Source: Eubacteriales bacterium
Lineage (GTDB): Bacteria; Bacillota; Clostridia; Oscillospirales; CAG-272
Length of the DNA: 62,084 nucleotides
Assembly: GCA_045656445.1 (NCBI GenBank)
Contig: JAZORD010000018.1
Coordinates: forward strand, 1-62,084
Direction: 5' to 3'
Shown here piece after piece: positions 30,920 through 41,148 of the stretch. The translations under genes were made by a program, and so were the position numbers. Every line of letters starts with the position of its first letter. Position 1 is the stretch's first letter. Under the pieces are notes generated by a model. That model did not search any database, was not told the DNA's origin, and saw only the letters and a program-made list of their open reading frames with translations.

Positions 30920-31663
30920 ATGAAATATTTTGCTAAAATAAATTATCTTGGAACAAACTTTCACGGATTTCAGGTTCAGCCCGGATTGCGCACTGTTCAG
31001 GGGGAATTGTGCCGTGCCTTAGAGGAAGCATTTGGCGTTCCGTGTAAGGTAACGGGCTGTAGCCGAACCGATGCCGGTGTTCATGCAAATGAATTTTGTC
31101 TGACGATAGAAAATGAGGGCGGAACTATTCCGCCAGAAAAGCTACCTGTTGCAGTATCCCGCTTTTTACCGAGCGATATATCTCTTTACTATGCAAAGAG
31201 CTGTGACGGTTCTTTTCACCCCCGTTATGACGTTATCTCAAAGGAATACCTTTACCGTATAAGGAACAGAAGAATTTTTGATCCCTTTGATTTCGGACGG
31301 GCTTGGTTCTTTCCGCAGGATATCGGAGAGGACGGAATAGCCCGTATGAATGAGGCAGGGAAATATATAGTAGGTAAGCATGATTTTTCTGCTTTTATGT
31401 CTGAGGGCTCTGACATTGTAGATACCATGAGAACGGTATACTATTTAAGCGTTGCGAAATGCGGCGATGTGATAGAGGTGAAAATAAGCGCAGACGGCTT
31501 CTTATACAATATGGTAAGAATTATAGTTGGGACGCTTATTGACGTTGCTTTTAAAAAAATATCTCCGTCAGATGTTTTGGATATAATAAACTCAAAGGAT
31601 AGAAAAAATTCAGGAATGACAGCTCCTGCCGAAGGACTTTACTTAAATCGCGTTGTTTACTAA
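30920..31663 (+). CDS. truA: tRNA pseudouridine(38-40) synthase
   Basis: SRTDAGVHA, GKHDFSAF, GFLYNMVR, APAEGL. Confidence 0.97.
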   Translation: MKYFAKINYLGTNFHGFQVQPGLRTVQGELCRALEEAFGVPCKVTGCSRTDAGVHANEFCLTIENEGGTIPPEKLPVAVSRFLPSDISLYYAKSCDGSFHPRYDVISKEYLYRIRNRRIFDPFDFGRAWFFPQDIGEDGIARMNEAGKYIVGKHDFSAFMSEGSDIVDTMRTVYYLSVAKCGDVIEVKISADGFLYNMVRIIVGTLIDVAFKKISPSDVLDIINSKDRKNSGMTAPAEGLYLNRVVY

Positions 31664-31741
31664 TTCCATTTTTGTATTTTAAATGCAGAATACCTAAAAT
31701 TCCGTGGGGCAAGATTAAAAAAATGCTTCACGGAGTTTTTT

Positions 31742-34144
31742 ATGAGTAAATATAAATTAAAAAAACGGCCGTTTACCATTATTGCTTCGGCGGTGCTTTT
31801 ATTATCAATGCTTACGCTTTTCCTGATAGGTATCGTGTATACCACGATATATAGAAAAATAGACTTTTCGCTTGACGAGAGCCTTTTCTTATCGGAAAGG
31901 CGCGGAAATATAACTAAATTTTATTACGACGCCATCCCCGGTGATTCGGAATATACTCCGCGTGAGCTTTGCTCGTTATCACCCTCTGAAAATAAAAAAA
32001 TATGGTATTCTTATGAAAATATAGGAGATAACTTAAAGCAGGCTTTTATCTCGGCTGAGGATAGAAGCTTTTTTAAGCACCGCGGCGTTGATATCAAAAG
32101 GACCGGATTCGCTATTGTCAACTATTTTCTTCACCTTAAGCCCAAATTCGGCGGTTCTACTATTACCCAGCAGGTTATAAAAAACATCAGCGGAGATAAT
32201 GAGCAAACGATATCGCGAAAGCTTTCAGAGATGATAAGAGCATCTCACGTTGAAAATTCACACACGAAGGAAGAGATATTCGAGCTTTATCTCAATATTA
32301 TTCCTATGGGGCACGGTATTGCAGGGGTAGGCTTGGCAAGTCAATATTACTTTGGAAAAGCCCCGAATGAGTTGACAAACGCAGAGGCTGCAACGCTTGC
32401 CGGAATAACTAACGCTCCTACCAAATATAATCCAAAGCAAAATCCGGATGCCTGTATCAAAAAGCGAAACAACGTGCTTTACGCTATGTATGAGTGCGGT
32501 TTTTTAAATCAAAAGGATTACGAAAGTGCAATAGAAGAGGAGTTGTTGGTTATAGAGAATAACTCTGAGAACAGCTCGATAAGCTCTTGGTTTATAGAAA
32601 CTGTTTGTGATGACGTATCTAAAGATATTGCAAAGAAAAAGGGAATTTCAGAGAGCGCTGCAAGAATTTTAATATTGAACGGCGGTCTTTCTATATATAC
32701 CACTCAAAACCCAGCTGTGCAAAACGCTCTTGAAGAGTATTTTGAAAATACGGATAATTTTCCGGATGCTGTTCGCAGCGGATTATGTTATTCGATGGTC
32801 GTTTGCGATTCCGAGAGCGGCGATCTTCTTGGAATAGTGGGCGATGTAGGGAAGAAAACGGCTAACCGAATATTGAATCAAGCGCTTGTCCCTCATACAC
32901 CCGCATCAACACTTAAGCCTCTGGCGCTTTACGCGCCTCTTATAGACGAAGGAGTAATTCGTTGGTCAAGTGTATTTGATGACGTTCCCATCAGCTTTAC
33001 AAAGGATAATAACGGAGAATATATCAAATACCCTCAGAATTATCCTGCGGTATATGACGGTCTGATAACGGTAAGCGACGCGCTCAGGGTTTCAAAAAAT
33101 ACCGTTGCTGTCAATCTTTATAATATTATGGGTAAGGAGCGGATATTTAAAGAACTTCGTGAAAATTTCGGCTTCAATACGCTTGTGGAAAGAAGTAGTA
33201 CCGAGAACGGTAAGGTAATTACCGACCTTGCGCCATCTCCTCTTGCTTTAGGTCAGCTTAGCATAGGTATACCTCTTCGTGATCTGACTCATGCGTATAC
33301 CGTTTTTTCGGGAGGAGGAGAGCTTTCAAGTGGCAGAAGCTACGTCGCAGTATACGACCATAACGGAGAGCTTCTTATTGATAACCCACAAGAAGTAAAA
33401 CGTGTTTTTTCAAAAGAATGTGCACAAATAATGAATCAATTACTAATGCGTGTCACCGAGAGCGGAACGGCAAAGGCTATAACACTGGACGGCTTAGTTG
33501 ATACTGCGGGTAAAACCGGAACGTCAGCAAGAGATATGGATAGGCTTTTCGTAGGATACACTCCATATTACACAGCAGGCATATGGTGCGGATTTCCCGA
33601 TAAAAGCCGTGAAGTAGGAACTCAAAGCATAACGCATCTTGAAATATGGGATGCAGTTATGAAAAAAATTCATGAGGATACCCTTGGAACACTCGAATCG
33701 TATGAAAGCTTTTCAACAGAAGGGCTTGAATATCTGCCTTACTGCAAGGATTCCGGCGAAATCTTCTCGGAAGCTTGCGAACACGACCCACGAGGGCACA
33801 GAATGGAATATGGATATTTCATACCAACCGATAAGCCGAGTGAAGATTGTAAAACGCACGTTTTATGCTATTACGACAGAGAAACCTCTGCCCTTGCGTC
33901 ACACGGTTGTCCGCATCAGAATTTGGTTTTAACTTCATTGCTCAATATTCCTTGGAGAAGCTTTCCTGAACAGATTTATATTAAGGATGCAGAATATGTA
34001 TGGCGTAAAACTAGCCCGACAACAAAGCTCGGAGATTCCTACGACGTTCCGTATTATATAAATGAGCTTGCCGAAGGGGAATACGTTGGCATAGGACGCA
34101 GAAAAAAACAGTATAATTCTTACTGTTATCTTCACGATGATTAG
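31742..34144 (+). CDS. Class A penicillin-binding protein (PBP1A family)
   Basis: Transglycosylase motifs AEDRSF..H.GVD, GGSTITQQ, RKLSE; transpeptidase motifs STLK, SKN, KTGT. Confidence 0.92.
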   Translation: MSKYKLKKRPFTIIASAVLLLSMLTLFLIGIVYTTIYRKIDFSLDESLFLSERRGNITKFYYDAIPGDSEYTPRELCSLSPSENKKIWYSYENIGDNLKQAFISAEDRSFFKHRGVDIKRTGFAIVNYFLHLKPKFGGSTITQQVIKNISGDNEQTISRKLSEMIRASHVENSHTKEEIFELYLNIIPMGHGIAGVGLASQYYFGKAPNELTNAEAATLAGITNAPTKYNPKQNPDACIKKRNNVLYAMYECGFLNQKDYESAIEEELLVIENNSENSSISSWFIETVCDDVSKDIAKKKGISESAARILILNGGLSIYTTQNPAVQNALEEYFENTDNFPDAVRSGLCYSMVVCDSESGDLLGIVGDVGKKTANRILNQALVPHTPASTLKPLALYAPLIDEGVIRWSSVFDDVPISFTKDNNGEYIKYPQNYPAVYDGLITVSDALRVSKNTVAVNLYNIMGKERIFKELRENFGFNTLVERSSTENGKVITDLAPSPLALGQLSIGIPLRDLTHAYTVFSGGGELSSGRSYVAVYDHNGELLIDNPQEVKRVFSKECAQIMNQLLMRVTESGTAKAITLDGLVDTAGKTGTSARDMDRLFVGYTPYYTAGIWCGFPDKSREVGTQSITHLEIWDAVMKKIHEDTLGTLESYESFSTEGLEYLPYCKDSGEIFSEACEHDPRGHRMEYGYFIPTDKPSEDCKTHVLCYYDRETSALASHGCPHQNLVLTSLLNIPWRSFPEQIYIKDAEYVWRKTSPTTKLGDSYDVPYYINELAEGEYVGIGRRKKQYNSYCYLHDD

Positions 34145-34172
34145 TTGAATTGAATTTTAAGCGATAAACTAA

Positions 34173-34210
34173 GAAGCTCTCCCTAAAAATCGGGAGAGCT
34201 TCGCGCTTTT
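34173..34210. terminator. Terminator between the convergent PBP and Nudix genes
   Basis: GAAGCTCTCCC/GGGAGAGCTTC. Confidence 0.7.
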
Positions 34211-34223
34211 AAAAACCGAGGTT

Positions 34224-34685
34224 TCAATTAAATTCTGTTTTGTGAAATACCAATCGGTCACCCTTATATTCAAGCTTTAGTGAGAAAAAGGGTGTCTCGC
34301 TATCTAAGAGTCTGAGAAAAATTTTATCTCCTTCCCATATATGCAAAGAGGAAACCTCGGACTTTTTCACCCACTTAAGCTCTCCCTCGGGACAGCTATC
34401 AACAATCCTGCCTGAAAAATCATTTGTGGTGAAAAGGTGCATATACTCAGTTCCGTAAAGGTCGGAAACAAAGGTTACTATGCCACGGTAGGAAAGGGTG
34501 TTTGCTAAAAGTCCCGTTTCCTCAAGAATTTCTCGCCGCGCACATTCGTAGGGGGTTTCACCGGGCTCAAATTTTCCGCCGATACCAACCCATTTATCGC
34601 GGTTTTCGTCGTTTTTATTTTTTACCTTGTGAAGCATAAGATATGCTTCATCCTTTTCTATATAGCAAAGAGTAGTAATTTTCAT
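34224..34685 (-). CDS. Nudix hydrolase, MutX/8-oxo-dGTPase-like
   Basis: GGKFEPGETPYECARREILEETG Nudix box; TTLCY and WEGD. Confidence 0.88.
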   Translation of the reverse strand: MKITTLCYIEKDEAYLMLHKVKNKNDENRDKWVGIGGKFEPGETPYECARREILEETGLLANTLSYRGIVTFVSDLYGTEYMHLFTTNDFSGRIVDSCPEGELKWVKKSEVSSLHIWEGDKIFLRLLDSETPFFSLKLEYKGDRLVFHKTEFN

Positions 34686-34782
34686 TTTCACCTTACTCCA
34701 ATTGTATTTACTTAATAATATATTACCATAAAAAGCAGCAATTTTCAACTGTAGAATTTTTGTAAACAATTTTATATTTGCA

Positions 34783-34833
34783 TTGACTTTTTCCCATGTA
34801 TGTGTATAATGTTTAAGTGGTTAATTATTAACC
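34783..34833 (+). promoter_or_regulatory. Promoter and palindromic MarR-type operator
   Basis: TTGACT-N16-TATAAT, then GGTTAAT-T-ATTAACC at 34819-34833. Confidence 0.65.
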
Positions 34834-34863
34834 TGTGAATTAATTTTTGTGGAAGGGAATAAA

Positions 34864-35319
34864 ATGCAGGAAAACAGTATTACAAATGCCGTTAATATGA
34901 TGATATTGACCAACAGAATGCATAAACGGCTTATAGATTCAAGTGTTTGCGCAAAAATGGGTCTTCACCGAACTCAGCATATAACTCTGATGCATCTTGC
35001 AAGGCGGGAGAGGCTGCCGTCTCAAAAGGAGCTTGCTGAGCATTTGAATATAACTCCGGCGGCTGTAACAGCTACGCTGAAAAAGCTTGAGCAGGGCGGA
35101 TATATAGAGCGCTCGGTGGGAAATGATAACCGGTATAACGAGATAGCCATAACTTCTCTTGGTAAAAAGGTGGTAGAAGAGACGAAAATGATGTTTACCG
35201 ATATAGACACACATCTTTTTGAAAGCCTTACCAATGAAGAAATTAAAGGCTTGATTTCCTGCTTTGAAAAAATTCAGGATAATATCAATAAAAAAATGAA
35301 GGAGATAAGCTCTGTATGA
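34864..35319 (+). CDS. MarR family transcriptional regulator
   Basis: SQKELAEHLNITPAAVT..LKKLEQGGYIER....DNR. Confidence 0.92.
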   Translation: MQENSITNAVNMMILTNRMHKRLIDSSVCAKMGLHRTQHITLMHLARRERLPSQKELAEHLNITPAAVTATLKKLEQGGYIERSVGNDNRYNEIAITSLGKKVVEETKMMFTDIDTHLFESLTNEEIKGLISCFEKIQDNINKKMKEISSV

Positions 35320-37064
35320 AAAGATGGTTTAAATACATAAAACCGTATCTATCCTCATTCATTCTCGGTCCTGTCGGAATGATAGTTGAAGTAATAGGTG
35401 AAATGTTTATGCCGTTCCTTCTTGCTATGATTATAAACAGCGGCGAGCTTGGAACCTTGACTGTATCAAAGAGTATAGGTATCTCTGCTATTCTTATAGG
35501 AATAGTTTTATTTATGATGACCGGCGGCGTATGCGGCGCGTATTTTGGAGCAAAGGCATCGGTAAACTTTGCGGCAGATTTAAGAAAGGATATATACGCG
35601 AAGGTTCAAGGCTTCTCGTTCGCAAACATAGACAAATTTTCAACAAGCTCCCTTGTTACCCGTATGACAAACGACGTAACTCAGCTTCAGAATTTCCTTA
35701 ATATGCTTCTACGAATGGCGCTTCGATCACCCGGTATGCTTATCGGAGGCATAATAATGGCGATAGTGTTAAAGCCCACGCTTTCAGTTGTCCTCGCGGT
35801 TACTATACCTCTTCTTTTGCTCGTCATAGGGGTGCTTATCAGGATAAGCTTTCCTCGCTTTCAGCTTATGCAAAAGAAAATTGATAAGCTGAATTCAACG
35901 GTTAGAGAAAACGTCACCAACGTTCGCGTTGTAAAATCTTTCGTTCGTGAGGATTTTGAAATCGATAAATTTGAAGCAGATAACAAAGACCTCAAAAACA
36001 CGGGTATGCGCGCGGTAAAGGTTATGATATTTATGGGACCGGTGATGAATTTCTTTATGTATGCCTCTGTAATAGCAATAATTTGGTTTGGCCATGGCAT
36101 CGTTTTGTCAGAACACGCAACCGTGGGCGGAATGCAGGTAGGTGATTTGAGCGCGTTCATAACGTACGCAACGCAAATACTCTCATCATTGATGATGGTC
36201 ACCTTCTTGCTTATGACCTCATCTCGTGCGCTTGCTTCCGGAAGAAGAATTTGCGAGGTGCTTGATGAAAAAATCGACATCTCCGACGAGAGCGCGCAGT
36301 ACAAAGATGCAAGGATTGAAAAGGGAAGAGTCGAGTTTAGAAACGTTTCCTTCCGTTACTATAAAAACAGTGAAGAAAAGGTGCTGGATAATATAAATAT
36401 TTCAATAGAGCCCGGTACGACCGTTGGAATCATAGGCTCAACAGGTTGCGGTAAAACGACACTAGTATCCATGATACCGCGACTATATGATGCAGATGAA
36501 GGCGAAATCCTTATCGACGGAACAAACGTTAAGGATTATTCATTGATAAATCTTCGCGAAGGTGTAGGAATGGTGCTACAGAAAAATCTTCTCTTTTCCG
36601 GTACTATAGCAGAAAATCTTCGTTGGGGTAACCAAACAGCTACCGACAAAGAGATAAAGGATGCGGCAACCTATGCCGCCGCCGATAAATTCGTTTCTTC
36701 CTTTAGCGATGGATATGATTCTGTAATTGAAAAGGGCGGAGCGAATCTGTCGGGCGGTCAAAAGCAGAGAGTATGTATTGCGCGCGCGCTCCTAAAACAA
36801 CCCAAAATACTTATTCTTGACGATTCAACCAGCGCTGTTGACACTGCTACCGAAAGGCAGATTCGGGAAGCTCTTGCAAACGAGCTTTCGGATTGCACGA
36901 AGATTATAATAGCGCAAAGAATCAGCTCGGTTATGGATGCAGAGCAGATAATCGTTATGAACGACGGTAGAATTACTGGTATCGGCACGCACGAATCACT
37001 GCTCCGGGATAATGCGGAATATTCTGAGATTTATAGCTCTCAAATGGATAAAAAGGAGGCGTGA
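35316..37064 (+). CDS. Heterodimeric ABC exporter, subunit with degenerate NBD
   Basis: TMD plus NBD; GSTGCGKT, LSGGQ, Walker B ILDD, switch IAQR. Confidence 0.92.
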   Translation: MKRWFKYIKPYLSSFILGPVGMIVEVIGEMFMPFLLAMIINSGELGTLTVSKSIGISAILIGIVLFMMTGGVCGAYFGAKASVNFAADLRKDIYAKVQGFSFANIDKFSTSSLVTRMTNDVTQLQNFLNMLLRMALRSPGMLIGGIIMAIVLKPTLSVVLAVTIPLLLLVIGVLIRISFPRFQLMQKKIDKLNSTVRENVTNVRVVKSFVREDFEIDKFEADNKDLKNTGMRAVKVMIFMGPVMNFFMYASVIAIIWFGHGIVLSEHATVGGMQVGDLSAFITYATQILSSLMMVTFLLMTSSRALASGRRICEVLDEKIDISDESAQYKDARIEKGRVEFRNVSFRYYKNSEEKVLDNINISIEPGTTVGIIGSTGCGKTTLVSMIPRLYDADEGEILIDGTNVKDYSLINLREGVGMVLQKNLLFSGTIAENLRWGNQTATDKEIKDAATYAAADKFVSSFSDGYDSVIEKGGANLSGGQKQRVCIARALLKQPKILILDDSTSAVDTATERQIREALANELSDCTKIIIAQRISSVMDAEQIIVMNDGRITGIGTHESLLRDNAEYSEIYSSQMDKKEA

Positions 37065-37066
37065 GG

Positions 37067-39031
37067 ATGGCTAGAAATATTGAACAGTTAAAGGAACGCT
37101 ACAATAGCATCTCTCACGGAGAATCCTTAAGGGGAGGCGGTCCCGGAAGGGGAGGACCGAGGGGCCCTCGTGCTTCCGGCAAGCCAAAGAACACCCTTTC
37201 TACCGTAAAGCGTTTATTAAGCTACGTCGGTAAATACAAATTCCGTCTTATATTGGTTTTCATTTGTATGATTCTGACGACGCTATCATCTCTTTTTGGC
37301 GGCTATCTTATCGTTCCTATTATAAACCGCATAACTTTAGCAATAGACCAAAATGCAAATCTAAACCCAAGTAAAATGGCACAAAATGCCGATAAAATTA
37401 TCGAAGCCTTGGTAAATACGGGGTTGATATCGAATCTTATGGGGAATACGGTTGCAGCCGTAACAGTATATATAGTTTCTGCACTTTGCGTTTTGGGCGC
37501 AGTGTACCTCATATCAATTTTTGGAAGCTACCTTCAGTCAAGGGTTATGCTCTCGGTTTCTCAAAATTCAATACAGAAAATACGAGACGACCTTTTCAAA
37601 AAGATGCAAAAGCTCCCGGTAAGATACTATGATTCGCATCCTACCGGCGAAATTATGAGTAGATACACCAATGATGTTGATAATATCGACGTTATGCTGA
37701 ATAACTCTCTCACCTCTATCGTTAGCGGAGTTATCACACTTATCGGAACGTTTGTTTTTATGCTCACGACGAACATATGGCTGACGCTTATAACTCTGGT
37801 GTTCATACCTGTTTTAGTTATGTCAGCAGGTTATATAGGCAAACGTTCCGCCAAGTATTATACCGCACAGCAGGCGGCAATCGGCGCAGTTAACGGATAT
37901 ATTGAGGAAACGATAAGCGGACAGAAGGTCGTCAAGGTGTTCAATCACGAGGATGAATGCATTGAGGAAATGGAGCTCATCAACGAGGACCTTAGGAAAA
38001 AGCAGGAGATGGCGCAGTTTTGGGGCGGTGTAACCGGTCCTATAATGCATAATATAAGCTTGATTTGTTATGCTATAACTCTTGGAGTTGGCGGTATTTT
38101 TATGTGCCTTACCGGCTTCACTCCCGGAGAGCTAACAGCCTTTGCAAACTATTCAAAGCAGTTTTCAATGCCTATAAATCAGCTTTCAATGCAGGTATCG
38201 ACGCTGTTTGCAGCGCTTGCAGGTGCTGAGCGCGTATTTAACATTATGGACGAGGCGCCGGAGGCTGAGAACGAAGCCCACGCATATACCGGAGCTATTA
38301 GCGGCGATGTTATTTTGGAGGACGTTACCTTTGGATACGTTGAGGGGAAGACGGTTCTTAAAAACATATCTCTTTACGCTCATCCCGGTCAGAAGATAGC
38401 ATTTGTCGGCTCAACCGGTGCAGGAAAGACTACTATCACAAACCTGCTCAACCGATTTTACGATATTGATTCCGGAAGCATAACGATAGACGGAAAGTCT
38501 ATCACCTCATACGACCGCGACCACCTAAGAAAAAATATCGCTATGGTTCTTCAGGACACGCATCTTTTCACGGGAAGCGTAATGGAGAATATCAGATACG
38601 GCAGACTTGATGCTACGGACGATGAGGTAATCGCAGCTGCAAAAACCGCAAGCGCGCATAGCTTTATTATGAGGCTTGAGCACGGATATGACACTCTTCT
38701 TGAGGGGGATGGCTCAAATCTTTCACAAGGTCAGCGACAGCTTCTCAATATAGCGCGCGCCGCTCTTTCAAAAGCTCCCATACTCGTGCTTGACGAGGCA
38801 ACCTCTTCGGTTGACACCAGAACCGAGCGTCATATTGAGCACGGTATGGATAGGCTTATGAAAAACCGCACTACCTTCGTAATTGCGCACAGACTCTCGA
38901 CCGTAAGAAACGCAAACGCCATAATGGTGCTTGAAAAGGGTGAGATTATAGAGCGTGGCTCACACGAGGATTTGTTAAAATTAAAAGGCAGATATTACGA
39001 GCTTTACACAGGTGTGAAAGAGCTTGATTAA
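37067..39031 (+). CDS. Heterodimeric ABC exporter, subunit with consensus NBD
   Basis: GSTGAGKT, LSQGQ, LDEATSSVD, IAHR. Confidence 0.92.
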   Translation: MARNIEQLKERYNSISHGESLRGGGPGRGGPRGPRASGKPKNTLSTVKRLLSYVGKYKFRLILVFICMILTTLSSLFGGYLIVPIINRITLAIDQNANLNPSKMAQNADKIIEALVNTGLISNLMGNTVAAVTVYIVSALCVLGAVYLISIFGSYLQSRVMLSVSQNSIQKIRDDLFKKMQKLPVRYYDSHPTGEIMSRYTNDVDNIDVMLNNSLTSIVSGVITLIGTFVFMLTTNIWLTLITLVFIPVLVMSAGYIGKRSAKYYTAQQAAIGAVNGYIEETISGQKVVKVFNHEDECIEEMELINEDLRKKQEMAQFWGGVTGPIMHNISLICYAITLGVGGIFMCLTGFTPGELTAFANYSKQFSMPINQLSMQVSTLFAALAGAERVFNIMDEAPEAENEAHAYTGAISGDVILEDVTFGYVEGKTVLKNISLYAHPGQKIAFVGSTGAGKTTITNLLNRFYDIDSGSITIDGKSITSYDRDHLRKNIAMVLQDTHLFTGSVMENIRYGRLDATDDEVIAAAKTASAHSFIMRLEHGYDTLLEGDGSNLSQGQRQLLNIARAALSKAPILVLDEATSSVDTRTERHIEHGMDRLMKNRTTFVIAHRLSTVRNANAIMVLEKGEIIERGSHEDLLKLKGRYYELYTGVKELD

Positions 39032-39040
39032 AAAGCATAA

Positions 39041-39090
39041 AATAAAAAAGATACGTGTGTTTTTTAACCGACACACGTATCTTTTTTATT
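39041..39090. terminator. Bidirectional terminator
   Basis: AATAAAAAAGATACGTGTGT/ACACACGTATCTTTTTTATT. Confidence 0.88.
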
Positions 39091-39093
39091 TTA

Positions 39094-41148
39094 TCAGATA
39101 GAGCCTACGATGTAGGGAGCCATATCGGCTCTCTCCTGAGCGAGTCTTTCTGCCTCGGCAGCTTCTTCAGCTTCTCTTGCAGCCTTTTCTGCGGCAGCTC
39201 TTTCAGCTGCGGCAGCCTTCTCAGCAGCCTCTTTAATTGCGCGGATAGAAAGCGCGAGCTTTCTGTTCTCGTTGTCAATCTCGGTAATCTTAACGTCAAC
39301 AACCTGTCCTACTGTAAGAACATCAGCGGGGGAGTTTATTCTCTCGGTAGAGATTCTTGAGATATGGATAAGACCGTCAACATCCTCGTATACCTCAGCG
39401 AATGCTCCGAAGGGCATAAGGGAAACAATCTTCGCGGGGACGATGTCGCCAACGCTGAATTTCTGGGTGAAGTGGAACCAGGTGTCCATCTCCTGAGTCT
39501 TGTATCCAAGAGAAATTCTTCTTTTTTCCGTGTCAAGCTCTTTGATGAATACGTCAATCTCTTGACCGACGGAAAGAATCTGCGAGGGATGCTTGATTCT
39601 CTTCCAAGAAAGCTCGGTGTTATGAATCATACCGTCCACGCCGCCGATGTCTACAAAAGCACCGTAGGAAGCAAGATTTTTAACTATACCCTTATAGTGC
39701 TTACCTACCTCAAGGGTTGCCCATATTGCATCCTCTGCAGCCTTCTTTTCAGCAATGAGTATTGCTTTGATAGAGCCGAGCGCTCTTTTTTTGTGTTCAT
39801 CAAACTCAAGAAGCTTGATTTTTTGTGTAGTGCCAACGAGAACTGAAAGGTCAGCGCCCTTAGCTACGCCCGTCTGAGATGCGGGAACAAATACAGTGTT
39901 AGAGTTTGTTGAAAGAATTACGCCGCCCTTAACGACCGCAGTAACCTTACCCTCAAGAATTTCGCCGTTGTCATAAGCTTCCTTGAGCACAACCCAGCTA
40001 TTATCTGCATCAACTCTCTTTTTTGAGAGCCTTGCTATACCTTCGCCGTCATTTACCTGAATTACGAAGACGTCAACTTTGTCGCCTATCTTGAACATAG
40101 CGGAAAGGTCAGCCGAGGGATCATCCGTAATTTGCTCTTTGGCAAGCACGCCGGTAACCTTTGTACCAAGGTCGAGCTTAATCTCGTTTTTTCCGATGGT
40201 AACTACTGTACCGGTAACTGTTTCTCCTGTATGTAAAGTTTTGAGTGAGTCTTCCAACATTGACTGAAAGTCATTTTCGCGTTCCATTGATTTTAAAACC
40301 TCCGTTATTATACCGTCGGGTGTGGAAGCACCTGCGGTTAGTCCTACGCTTTTCGCGTTGTCAAAAAAATCAGAATTAAGCTCGGTGGCAGATTCTATCC
40401 AAAGCGTTTTTTTACATTTGCCGGAGCATAGGTCGAATAGCTTATGCGTATTTGAGCTTTCGCGACCGCCTATGACAATCATTGCATCAGAGCTTGCAGC
40501 AATTCTCATTGCTTCATTTTGCCGATTTTCAGTGACACTACATATTGTATCAAAAAAAATCAGATTTGTATATAGTTTTTTTAAAAAATTTTTAATTTTT
40601 TTAAATTCGGACAAATTTTGAGTCGTCTGCGAACACAGTACGGGAGTTTTGCCGTTGATTTCAATAGTTTTTAACTCTTCAATAGAGCAAAATGGGTGCT
40701 TTTCTCCCTCGACATAGCTGAGTATACCGATAGCTTCCGGATGATTTTTGTCGCAGTAAAGCAAAAAAGCCGTGGAGCTATCCGTATTGTCCCTTGCAAT
40801 ATTGTGTATACGCTTGACGTAAGGACAAGTCATATCAGAGATGGTGAAATTGTTATACCGATTTTCTAGCTCTCGCAACAGTTCATATTGCTCCTTCGGG
40901 ATTCCGTGAGTTCGTATAACAAGGCGAATAGGGTCATGTGGATTATCTCTAACGGTTTTTTCAACCTCTGATATCTCCAGTGCTCTTACACCCATTTCTT
41001 TAAGCTCTTCGTTATACAGTCTGTTGTGTATTAAATTTCCGAGCGTATATATTTTTTCTCCGCTGCTTTCAATTAGCTCACGCACGTGAGCATCTGCTCG
41101 TTTTACACCGGGGCAAAAGCCTGCCGATTCAGATAACGTTACTTTCAA
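39094..41148 (-). CDS. ispH: IspH (HMBPP reductase)-ribosomal protein S1 fusion
   Basis: GFCPGV, TCPYV, TICSVT Fe-S cysteines, SSNT, AGASTP; four S1 repeats; TTG start overlapping the cmk-plsC stop. Confidence 0.95.
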   Translation of the reverse strand: MKVTLSESAGFCPGVKRADAHVRELIESSGEKIYTLGNLIHNRLYNEELKEMGVRALEISEVEKTVRDNPHDPIRLVIRTHGIPKEQYELLRELENRYNNFTISDMTCPYVKRIHNIARDNTDSSTAFLLYCDKNHPEAIGILSYVEGEKHPFCSIEELKTIEINGKTPVLCSQTTQNLSEFKKIKNFLKKLYTNLIFFDTICSVTENRQNEAMRIAASSDAMIVIGGRESSNTHKLFDLCSGKCKKTLWIESATELNSDFFDNAKSVGLTAGASTPDGIITEVLKSMERENDFQSMLEDSLKTLHTGETVTGTVVTIGKNEIKLDLGTKVTGVLAKEQITDDPSADLSAMFKIGDKVDVFVIQVNDGEGIARLSKKRVDADNSWVVLKEAYDNGEILEGKVTAVVKGGVILSTNSNTVFVPASQTGVAKGADLSVLVGTTQKIKLLEFDEHKKRALGSIKAILIAEKKAAEDAIWATLEVGKHYKGIVKNLASYGAFVDIGGVDGMIHNTELSWKRIKHPSQILSVGQEIDVFIKELDTEKRRISLGYKTQEMDTWFHFTQKFSVGDIVPAKIVSLMPFGAFAEVYEDVDGLIHISRISTERINSPADVLTVGQVVDVKITEIDNENRKLALSIRAIKEAAEKAAAAERAAAEKAAREAEEAAEAERLAQERADMAPYIVGSI

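Noticed and set aside
35316..37064. Walker B D and switch Q substitutions as signs of inactivation
   Set aside because: This is the normal degenerate site of heterodimeric ABC exporters
39094..41148. IspH-S1 fusion and its Ala/Glu-rich repetitive tail as novel
   Set aside because: The fusion is well known in Clostridia, and the GCAGC-type repeats simply encode a low-complexity helix
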